A stretch of DNA of 64,000 nt from Azolla caroliniana (taxonomy: Eukaryota; Plantae; Polypodiophyta), in the NCBI GenBank assembly GCA_043228905.1, contig JBHGNT010000016.1:7874001-7938000 (forward strand), written 5' to 3'. Of this stretch, positions 36,670-47,332 are shown in pieces (position 1 is the first letter of the stretch; each line of letters begins with the position of its first letter). Position numbers and translations under genes: made by a program. The notes below the pieces were generated by a model. That model saw only the letters and a program-made list of their open reading frames with translations. It searched no databases and had not been told where the DNA came from.

Positions 36670-39600
36670 ATGGAAGGCGGCGGTAGTGGGCCTCCGGGGA
36701 TGATGGTGTTGAACTCACAGAACTACGCCGACTGGAAGATAAAGATGGAAGACCTTCTCATCGTCCGAGACCTGTACGAACCGATCGACAATGCCGAGAT
36801 ACCCAAAGGGGTAATAGAGTCGGAGTGGAAGCTCCTGAACCGGAAAGCCGTAGCGACGATCCGGCAATATGTCGATGTAAGTGTCCTGCAACATGTGGCG
36901 AACGATACGAACGCCTATGAGATGTGGCAGAAGCTGTCCGGACTGTATGAGAGGAAGAATGCTCTGACCCGGACCTCCCTGATGAGGAAGATAGTGAATC
37001 TTAAGTACCGGGACGACGAGAGCATGGTCGAACACGTCAGCACGTTCATGGGATTCGTGAACCAGCTTGCGGCGATCAAGTTCCCGTTGGATGATGCAAT
37101 GCAAGCCATCATGCTGATGTGTACCCTTCCGGAGAGCTGGGAAAACTTGGTAGTTACTCTCAGCACCTCCTGTAAGGAAGAGAACTTGTCTTTACTAACG
37201 GTAAAGACAAGTATTCTAAATGAAGAAGCGCGTCGGAGAGATAAAGAACCGGCCTCCGACTCGAAGGCGCTGCTTACCGAATCGGAACGCGGAAGACAAC
37301 GGAACCGGAGTCCGCAAAGACGGGAGAAGTCGGGGACACGGTCGCAGTCGAGGGGAAGACCTACATGCTTCTACTGTGGGAAGCCGGGGCACTTCCAGAA
37401 GAACTGTCGGCATTTCCGGAAAGACAACGGAACCGACGGTACCGATTCGAAGAAGTCACTGGAGCGAAACGGTGCATACCGGGGAGCCACGGACCGGAGA
37501 GGTCCGGATCGGCGAGGGCAGGACCGGAAAGGAACGACGGCACTCGCGGCAAGTGAAGAAGAGATAATGCTCATTACCGAAGAGAGGGAGCTGAACCTTG
37601 CCGGTGAAGAGATGACCTGGGTGGTCGATTCCGGAGCGTCGTTCCACCTGACCCCGGAAAGAAGATACTTCTCATCCTACACAGCCGGTGAGCATGGATG
37701 TGTTCGGATGGGAAATGAAGGTACGTGCCGGATTGCCGGCATAGGAGACGTGTGGCTGATGACATCAACGGGATGCAAGATGCTGCTGAAGGATGTCCGA
37801 CACGTTCCGGAGGTTCGATTGAACCTGATTTCGGCTGGGAGGCTAGACGATGAAGGCTACACGGGTAGCATCTGAAACGGTGTCATGAAGTTCAGCAGAG
37901 GGAGCCTGATAGTGGCTCGGGCCCGGAAGGTCAACACACTGTACCTGATGAATTCCCGGCTATGTCCGGAGGAGCTGAACGTGGCAGCCGACACTGCCGG
38001 TGAGCTGTGGCACAAGAGACTGTGCCACATGAGTGAGAAGGGGATGAAGAGGCTTGCAGAAGACAACCTTATTCCAGTGAAGCATGTGCACCTGGAGAAG
38101 TGCACCGATTGCCTGGCCGGTAAGCAGAACCGAACCTCCTTCCACTCAAGGCCACCGACGAGACGTAGCGCACCATTGGAGTTGGTGCACATTAACGTGT
38201 GTCAAGTAGAAACGAAGTCACATGGCGGAGCCCAGTACTTCGTGACATTCATTGATGACCACAACCGGAAGCTGTGGATGGCACCGTTGAAGACAAAGGA
38301 CCAAGTGTTGTGCGTCTTCAAAGAACTCCACGCGAGAGTGGAAAGAGAATCCGGCAAGAAGCTGAAAGCACTACGAGCGGATAACGGAGGAGAATACCGA
38401 GGGCAATTTGAGGAGTATTGCCGTTCGATGAGAATCCGACTCGAGTTTACTGTGCCGAAGACGCCGGAACAGAACGGGCTAGCCGAGAGGATGAACCGGA
38501 CCATAATGGAGAGGGTCCGGAGTATGCTGGCGCATGCGAAATTACCCAAGGGGTTTTGGGCTGAGGCAATGTCGACGGCGACATACGTGATAAACAGATC
38601 ACCCTCAGTACCTTTGGACGGAGACACGCCGCAGAGAGTGTGGACCGGTAGGGAAGTATCCTACCGGCATCTGAAGGTGTTCGGGTGTCTCGCACATGTG
38701 CATGTGGCAAAGGACCGGAGAGGAAAGCTAGATCCAAAGACCCGGCCATGCATATTCCTCGGTTACGGCGATGACGAGTTCGGCTACCGAGTATGGGACC
38801 CGGTCGACAAAAAGATATTCCGGAGTCGTGATATCATCTTCATGGAGGACAAAACACTCGCCGACTGGGAGTCGGAGAAGAAGATGAAGAGCTCCAAGTC
38901 GACCGGTGAGGATCAACTCTACGAGGAGCAGTCCCGACCGGCAAGGGACCGGTTAGCACTCGAGGATCCGGCCGAAGACGGTGAAGAAACAGAACCGGCC
39001 GAGGAAGATGAAACTGATACCGGAACCTGCCCCGATCCCGAAATGGATTCGGATGAAGAGGAAACGGAGGAGCCGGTTACCGAAGCTCCGGAACGGAGAT
39101 ATCCTCTAAGAGAGAGAAGGGCCCCCCGGAGATTTCCGGAACCAGAGCACGTGCTGCTAACCGACGAGGGGGAGCCGGAGAGTTTTGAAGAAGCAAAGCT
39201 TGACACCCATAGCCGCAGGTGGTTAAGTGCCATGCAGGAGGAGATGGATTCCCTGCATGAGAACCACACATATGAACTTGTGGAGCTGCCGAAAGGAAAG
39301 CGGGCACTTCGAAACAAGTGGGTGTTCAAGCTGAAACCGGGAGATGCCGGAAACCCCCCGAGATACAAAGCCAGGATCGTGGTGAAGGGGTTCCAGCAAA
39401 AGAAGGGCGTCGACTTCGACGAGATATTTACCCCGGTAGTGAAGATGACCTCCATCCGGACGGTGCTGAGCATAGCGGCAAGCATGGACCTCGAGGTAGA
39501 ACAGATGGACGTGAAGACGGCATTCCTTCACGGTGACCTCGAAGAAGAGATCTACATGCAGCAACCGGAAGGATTCGAGAAGAAAGGGAAGGAGCACCTG

Positions 39601-39856
39601 GTATGCCGGTTGAAGAAGAGCCTTTACGGACTGAAGCGGGCTCCCCGACAATGGTACCGGAAGTTCGACTCCTTCATGACCGACGAAGGGTACCACAAAA
39701 CGTAGTCCGATCACTGCGTGTTTGTGAAGAAGTTCGAAGGAGGAGACTTTCTAATACTCCTCCTGTACGTGGACGACATGTTGATCGTTGGACGGGACCA
39801 GGTCAAGATACAGATGCTGAAGAAAGCGCTTCACCAAACTTTCTCAATGAAGGACC
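36670..39856 (+). pseudogene. Copia A gag-PR-IN-RT (in-frame stops at 37873 and 39703)
   Basis: CFYCGKPGHFQKNC, WVVDSGAS, DNGGEY, AERMNRT, DVKTAFLHG, LYVDDMLI; the stops look like CGA>TGA and CAG>TAG. Confidence 0.93.
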
Positions 39857-40737
39857 TGTCGAATACAAGTGTATAATGGACGTATTCACACTATCCCTTT
39901 TGTATAGCTCAAGTTTGGGCCATTTGTGTAATTAGCATAAACGGGAGTTGCCCTAAGTCGGTCACTATATAAAGTGACCTTGTAACCTTTTTGCAAGGTT
40001 GGTTGTATTATTTTTCTATTGAACAGAAAGAGTCTTTTGTGCCTCCTCTCTCTCTCTCTCTCTATCTCTGTGCACGACCTTGGAAACTGTCATACACAGG
40101 TTTCAACTCGAATCGAATGCTTCTTGATCTTCCGCATTGACGGCCTTGTCTCCAACATTTGGTATCAGAGCGAAGGTTCCTCAACCCGCTGTCGGCCGTC
40201 GTCTCAGCCTGCACAGCATTCGGTTTCTTGCGTCATTCGAAGAAGGGAGAAGAAGAAGAAAAACGAGGCTTGCATCTCATCGCGTTAGATCATCTTCGCT
40301 TGGAGTAAGCCAGCAGGTTGTACTCTGTTCCTTGTGATCGTAACCGCTCGAGGTGAAATCCCCTTGTGCAACATTGACACGATCGTGCTCCACTCGGTTA
40401 AACGGCATCCGAAGAGGTCATCAAACGCTGCTCGCCGCTCATTGTAACCACTCGGTGCAGATCGGTCTCAAGACAACAACCCCAAATTCGTGCTTCATCC
40501 GGCTGATCGACATTTGGGAGGATCAGTTGGATCCGTCTCTCTCGTCGCTGCAGTCACCCGAAGCAGAATCGGTCCAGACAATCGGTTTCAATAATCGGTA
40601 TTCGGCACATATATCCGAAGCCGAACCGACTCGGGTTCAAATCCGACTAGAACGATATCGGGTGAGCAAACCGGCTGCACTCCAACAAGGTTCGTAGTCA
40701 ACTCCGAACCGAGCTTCGTCAACCGAAACCAAATTTG

Positions 40738-43700
40738 ATGGCATCAACATCCGGCTCGTCAGAAATGAGTCTACGAAAGTTCGATGGATCGAACTTCAAT
40801 TTCTGGAAGGAGCAAATGCAGGACTATCTCATAGTCAAGGGGCAAATCGATCCCATCGAAAATGAAGAACCTCCAGAAGGATACAAACCAATCGAGTGGC
40901 AGAAGCTGGACAGAATTGTCTGCGCCACGATTCGGATGCACCTATCGGAATCGGTATACTTTACGGTGCAATCGTGTACGACAGCATTCGAACTGTGGAA
41001 AACACTGTCGGACACCTACGAAAAGAAGGTCGCCGCAACGAAGATGTTTCTGATCCGGCGCCTCTACAACTTGCGGATGAAAGAATCAGATTCGGTTCAA
41101 GCACATCTCAATGAGTACGAAAGCATAAGATCCCAAATCTCATCTCAGGGGACGGCAATCGAGGATGAACTCAGAGCAATGATACTCATGAGCAGCCTTC
41201 CCTCATCATGGGAAACTTTCGTCACAACCGTGTGCAACGCGTCAACCACGGCTGTTAAATACTCCGAAGTCACGAGCGCAATCCTGACCGAAGCAGCTCG
41301 GAGAAAGTCTTTCGCCAAAGACTCAACAAACGACGCTTATGTAGTACAAGGTTCGACAGATCGATCGAACATACAAGGAAGAGATTCCTCACGGCAGCCG
41401 AACAATCAGCGAAGACGGAGCCAGTCACGGGATAACCGAATCTGCAACTATTGCAAGAAACCCGGACACATCAAAGCCGACTGCCGCGCACTCAAGAACA
41501 AGAACGACAAGTCTCAGAAATCAGACAAGAAGAGTGGCCGGCATGAGGAGATCAATTACGTCAGCTTCTCAGTTGACGTGCTACCAAACGACCCGAATAT
41601 ACTATCAATCGAAAATCCAGTCGGATCAGAAGTTCTGCTCACGACTGAAGAATCGAGCACATGGCTCTTAGATTCGGGTGCGTCATTTCACGTGACTCCT
41701 CATCGATCCCAATTTCGGCAATATACGATCCGTCACTCCGACTCAGTTCGAGTCGGCAACTCGCAACACTGCGACATCATTGGAATCGGCACAGTAGAGC
41801 TCAACCTTGCAGGTGGCTCTACACTTGTACTTCACAATGTCCGACATGTACCCGAGCTCTCAAGGCCATTGATCTCAGTCGGACAACTAGATGAAGACGG
41901 CATTCGTGCCGGTTTTTCTTCGGGAGGGTGGACACTCCACAGGGGGAACCTCCTGCTTGCTAGAGGACCCAAGATACACTCACTGTATCCGTTACATGTT
42001 ACGCTCAGAGAGGGTAACCTGTTTTTGGTGGATATTCCTGTGTCATCACTATGGCACAGAAGATTAGGACACCTCAGCAAGGCCGGCATTACGCACCTAT
42101 CTAGAGCCGGATACATCCCTAAACTCTCCTTCTCGGACCATCAATTCTGCGAACATTGCCAGTATGGCAAACAGGCAACCGCATCACACCCGACATCAGC
42201 ACCAAGAGAAACGAGACCTCTCGATTTAGTCCACTCGGACGTCTGTGGCCCAATGCCGCATCAGTCTCTCGGCGGTGCCTCTTACTTCGTCAGTTTTATT
42301 GACGATTCGACTCGAAAGGTGTGGGCTTATCCAATTCGCACCAAAGATCGTGTCTTCTCGATCTTCTCCGATTGGCTCACTATGGTGGAAAATCAAACTG
42401 ACCGAAAACTGAAATGCTTTCGGACCGACAATGGGGGAGAGTTCAAATCCGAAGAATTCGTCAAATTTTGCCGACAACGCGGCATCCGACGTGAATTTAC
42501 GGCACCACACAGTCCGGAGCAAAACGGGATTGCAGAACGCATGAATCGGACAATTCAAGAACGGATAGTTTCCATGCTCCAACACTCCAGACTGTCGGAT
42601 GGCTTCTGGGCAGAGGCTCTACTCACGGCAGTACACATAATCAATATGTCGCCAAGTAGACCTCTAGGACTTCAAATTCCTCAGGAACTATGGATCGGCA
42701 GTAAGCCGAATTACGACAAGCTGAGGATCTTCGGATGCGAGGCGTACGCCCTTATTCCGAAAGATGATCGCCGAAAACTTGCACCTCGGTCCAGGAAATG
42801 CATTTTCCTTGGATATGGATCAGACGGCGAAATGGGATACCGACTCTGGGACCCCGAACGCAGACAAATCGTTCGAAGTTCGGACGTTGTGTTCCACGAA
42901 TCGGCTATGAATCCATCAGTCGAAAAACCGATCGAAGTCCGAAGGGTAACATTTTCCGATGTGCCGACCCTTCAAGAAGGCCCTGCTCTTAACACACGGT
43001 CAGCTTCACGGGTAGCTGAACCTTACACTACCGACTCGGACAACTCCGACTCGGCACAGCAGAATAATTCGCTTTCGGACCATCCGACCTCGATACCCGA
43101 TACGACCAGTCCAGTCATACCCCGACGATCCGAGAGACTATCGCAACCTCCAGAGAGGTATTCTCCAGGAATTTTCTTCACCGACGCCGGCGAACCGACG
43201 TCTTACGAAGAAGCATCGACATCTGTCGATTCAGCCACCTGGCATCTGGCGATGGAGTCGGAAATGCACTCCATTCGGGCAAACAAGACTTGGGACCTGG
43301 TCGAATTACCTAAGAATCGACGTGCTCTTCCCTGCAAATGGGTTTATCGACTAAAAGAGACGTCTGATTCGACCACCCCAAAGTACAAGGCCAGATTAGT
43401 TGCGAAGGGCTTCCAACAAGAATATGGCGTCGACTTCGACGAGATTTTTTCACCAGTGGTGAAAATGACAACCCTTCGTTTTCTACTCGGCGTAGTGGCA
43501 GCCGACAACTTGGAGCTGATTCAGCTAGATGTCAAAACAGCCTTCCTCCATGGTGATCTTGACGAGGAAATTTATATGGAGCAGCCAAAAGCCTTCGTGG
43601 CAACTGGCCAAGAACATCTAGTCTGCCAACTCAGGAAGAGTCTATACGGCCTCAAACAGGCACCGCGACAATGGTACAAGAAGTTCGACGACTTCATCCA

Positions 43701-44910
43701 ATCGATCGGCTTCTCCAAAAGCGATGAGGACCATTGTCTCTTTACCACCACAGCTCAAGATGGATCACCCATCTTCCTCATCATTTACGTGGACGACATG
43801 CTAATTTCTGGACGCCACGCGGGCGAACTTGCCGATCTCATTCGGCAACTGCGGTTGAAGTTTGCCATGAAGGACCTCGGTCCGGCACGACACATACTCG
43901 GCATGAAGATTAGTCGGCATCGCGATAAACGACATCTTTTTTTGTCTCAGACCGACTATATCGGACGTGTCTTGGAACGCTTCAACATGCAATCAGCCAA
44001 ATCTGCTTCAACCCCGCTCCCCATGAATCTTCGGCTCTCTCAGCGCGACTGCCCGACATCCGGTTCGGAGGGGGAAGATATGAAGTCGGTACCGTATGCA
44101 CCGACAGTCGGCTCCCTTATGTACCTGATGGTCGCGACACGGCCTGATATCTCTCATGCCGTAGGAGTCGTTAGCAGATTTATGCACAATCCTGGCCGAT
44201 CGCATTGGAACGCAGTCAAGCATGTGTTCAGATATCTGGCTGCGTTCCAATGCGATCGGCCAGGATTGTGCATAAATCTGCTAACGACTCCTACGGCATG
44301 AGAGATATCAGGCCGTGTCGCGACCATCAGGTACATAAGGGAGCCGACTGCCGGTGCATACGGTGTGTTCAGATATCTGGCTGGCACAAAAGACCACGGC
44401 ATTCTTTTCGGTCCGAACCGAACCTCAGGCGTAGTCGGTTACACCGACTCGGATTTCGCCGGCTGTATAGACAGTCGGAAATCAACAACCGGATACTGCT
44501 TCAAATTCGGCAATGGAGCAATTTCGTGGAAGTCGAAACTTCAGGAGTGCACAGCGACCTCAACGACCGAAGCAGAATATGTAGCTGCGTCCGACGCTGC
44601 AAAAGAAGCTTTGTGGCTCGGTCGGCTGGCGCACACGTTTCGGCAAGTCGACCATGACTCGGCCCCAGTTGTCTATAGCGACAGTCAAGGTGCTGTTGCC
44701 CTGTCGAAAAATCCGGTTCACCACAACGCCTCCAAACATATCGACGTTCGATATCACTTCGTTCGGGACTGCGTCATTTCAGGGAAAATCGGTCTAGAGA
44801 AAATATCCACAACCGACAATGTCGCAGATGGAATGACCAAGTGTCTTTCGGCAGACCGCTTTCGGTCTCTTCGCCATCAGATGGGCGTAACGACAAACCA
44901 GTCCGGTTAG
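40738..44910 (+). pseudogene. Copia B gag-pol, intact except a 141-bp fold-back insertion carrying a stop at 44299
   Basis: CNYCKKPGHIKADC, WLLDSGAS, DNGGEF, YVDD; RNase H resumes in the same frame at 44365. Confidence 0.93.
44091..44364. repeat. 125-bp inverted duplication (arms 44091-44215 and 44240-44364) with a 20-bp direct duplication (44223-44242 and 44364-44383)
   Basis: The minus-strand ORF 44154-44402 reproduces PYAP.VGSLMYLMVATRPDISHAVGVVSRFMHNPGRSHWNA. Confidence 0.95.
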
Positions 44911-45404
44911 AGCCGGACACAGCGCAGGATGGTTTCTGACAACCGACATCAGTTCCTTAATGATCGGCTTCAACTCTTCCGACCCGACCAGTTCGGTCTT
45001 CTGCCTTCGGACCCTGCCGACTCGAACAAAACTGATATGTCCGAGAACCTAGGTTTATACCTGTAATCTTAGATAACCCATGTATACGCCCATTACGGGG
45101 GAGTGTCGAATACAAGTGTATAATGGACGTATTCACACTATCCCTTTTGTATAGCTCAAGTTTGGGCCATTTGTGTAATTAGCATAAACGGGAGTTGCCC
45201 TAAGTCGGTCACTATATAAAGTGACCTTGTAACCTTTTTGCAAGGTTGGTTGTATTATTTTTCTATTGAACAGAAAGAGTCTTTTGTGCCTCCTCTCTCT
45301 CTCTCTCTCTATCTCTGTGCACGACCTTGGAAACTGTCATACACAGGTTTCAACTCGAATCGAATGCATCTTGATCTTCCGCATTGACGGCCTTGTCTCC
45401 AACA

Positions 45405-46296
45405 GGACCTGGGTTCGGCGAGGCAAATACTAGGGATGCACATCATCCGGGACCGGAAGAAGAAGCAGTTGTGGCTGTCACAGGAGAAGTACGTGACAAA
45501 GGTGCTTCACCGGTTCAACATGTCGGAAGCAAGATCGGTCGGGTCAACCCTCCCGGCAAACTGCAAGTTGTCCAGCAAGCAAAGCCCCAAGACAAAGGCT
45601 GAGAAGGAGGACATGATGAAAGTACCATATGCCTCTGCCGTCGGAAGCTTGATGTACGCAATGGTGTGTACAAGACCGGACATAGGATATGCAGTCGGAG
45701 TGGTGAGCCGGTACATGAGCAATCCCGGCAAAGAACAGTGGAACGCGGCCAAGTGGATACTCCGATACCTGAAGGGCACAGCAAACGTGTGCCTCCGATT
45801 CGGCTCTGGTAAGCCCGAACTCGACGGCTTTACCTATTCGGATATGTCGGCTGATGCAGATACCAGCCGGTCCACATCAGGGTATGTGATGACATATGCA
45901 GGGGGAGCTGTTTCGTGGCAGTCGAGGCTGCAGAAGACGGTTGCACTGTCAACCACGGAGGCGGAGTACATGGCGGCTGTTGAAGCCGGCAAGGAAATGA
46001 TATGGATGAAGGACTTCATTAGAGAGCTCGGTATCCGGCAGGAGGAGTACCGACTCTACTGCGACAGTCAGAGTGCCATCCACCTTGCGAAGAATGCGGC
46101 CTACCATTCCCGGACGAAACACATCCAGCGTAGATACCACTGGATCCGGGAAAGGATAGAAGACAAGGAGTTCGTGCTGACGAAGATCCACACGGACGAG
46201 AACGGGTCGGATATGCTGACCAAGGTGCTCACACCCGACAAGCTGGAAGCATGCCGGAAGAGGATCGGATTGGAGAGACATCCCATGCCGAAGTGA
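45405..46296 (+). pseudogene. Copia A RT end and RNase H (after the Copia B insertion)
   Basis: MKDL|GSARQILGMHI continuity across TSD ggacc; CTRPDI, STTEAEY, HSRTKHI. Confidence 0.92.
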
Positions 46297-47285
46297 AGGG
46301 GGAGTTTGTTGGGATTTCGGTCCCTCCGGATGGGATGTCCGGAGATGAATGACGGCAAGCCCGGTTACGGTTACGGAACCGGAGGATGAAGAGTACCCGG
46401 CATGAAGCCGAATGAAGAGTACCCGGTTACGGAACCGGATGAAGATACAGGCCCGGTGAGAGTACTCACCGGATGTGGGGACATATTTGTGAATATGTTT
46501 TCCAAGAGCCCTTTGAGGCTATATTTGTAAATAGCCTGAAAGTCATATGTGTATAAATATGACTTAGGGCAAACTGTTTAGCGCTGCTGTATGTTGTTGC
46601 TCATTTCTCTGTTTTCACTTAGTAGGAGCTAAGTGAGCAGCCGAGAGAGAGAGAGAGTGAGACGAAGAGGTCGTTGCCTCTGTGTATTACCGCCGCCTGT
46701 GGCGAAGACAGTGAGCTCAAGGTTGTTGCCTTGTAGCTTCACCATTGTACATCTCTGTTTGTAGTGATAGTTGGAGTTTGAGGACTCCCGTGGTTTTTCC
46801 CACTTAGGGTTTTCCACGTAAAATATCTTGTGTACCCTTCTCTCTATTGTCTTCGTGCATTTTGTATTTCCTGTTTTCTGTGAGTTGATCCTATTTCTCG
46901 GTTGTGGCCGAGTACTGTGTTTAACACTCTTATCTTCTTAATCGTTTCTACTCCACGTTGAGTTGGTTTGAAGCCCAACATCCGAGGGCGTTTGGTTGTT
47001 CTTTGCATTTCTGCTTCCTCAAGAGAGAGGCCGAGTGGCGTAAGTGTATCCACATTCATCGTCTCGCCTTGTTCCTGAAAAGTTACACCACTTTCATGTT
47101 GATGAATATTAACAGGGTTATGGTTAACACTTTGTAGCTTATTCTCCCTATATTGTTTTAGCTCTAAGATATACCTACCTAGTCTCTTTATATCCGGGGT
47201 ACCTAATAGTTTGGAGAGGGTGGGAGGGGTCCTAATATGTCTTGGTATTCCGCCCTTATCTCGACATAGGTTGGACACTTGCATG

Positions 47286-47321
<36 letters not shown>

Positions 47322-47332
47322 GGAAATGATAT

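Larger units (their letters stand above)
39857..45404 (+). mobile_element. Ty1/Copia element B (very young)
   Basis: 301-bp LTRs 39857-40157 and 45104-45404 (1 difference seen), perfect TSD ggacc, PBS tggtatcagagc 40160-40171, PPT gggggag. Confidence 0.97.
36019..46926 (+). mobile_element. Ty1/Copia element A (young), interrupted by Copia B
   Basis: 620-bp LTRs 36019-36638 and 46307-46926 (about 4 differences), TSD ctctt, PBS tggtatcagagc 36642-36653, PPT gaagggggag. Confidence 0.96.
35711..47287 (-). mobile_element. RTE-type LINE copy 2 (35711-36018 + 46927-47287), 5'-truncated, interrupted by Copia A
   Basis: Same family 3' UTR and C-terminal coding sequence as copy 1; sequence continues across the ctctt TSD; 5' end abuts (GA)n. 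Confidence 0.85.

Noticed and set aside
37873-39705. Programmed stop read-through in Copia A
   Set aside because: The stops match CGA>TGA and CAG>TAG deamination; element E has CGG at the first position and the second lies inside RT.
36715-46358. Many antisense and alternate-frame ORFs within Copia A and B
   Set aside because: They are shadow ORFs of GC-rich gag-pol; only 44154-44402 is informative, reflecting the inverted duplication.
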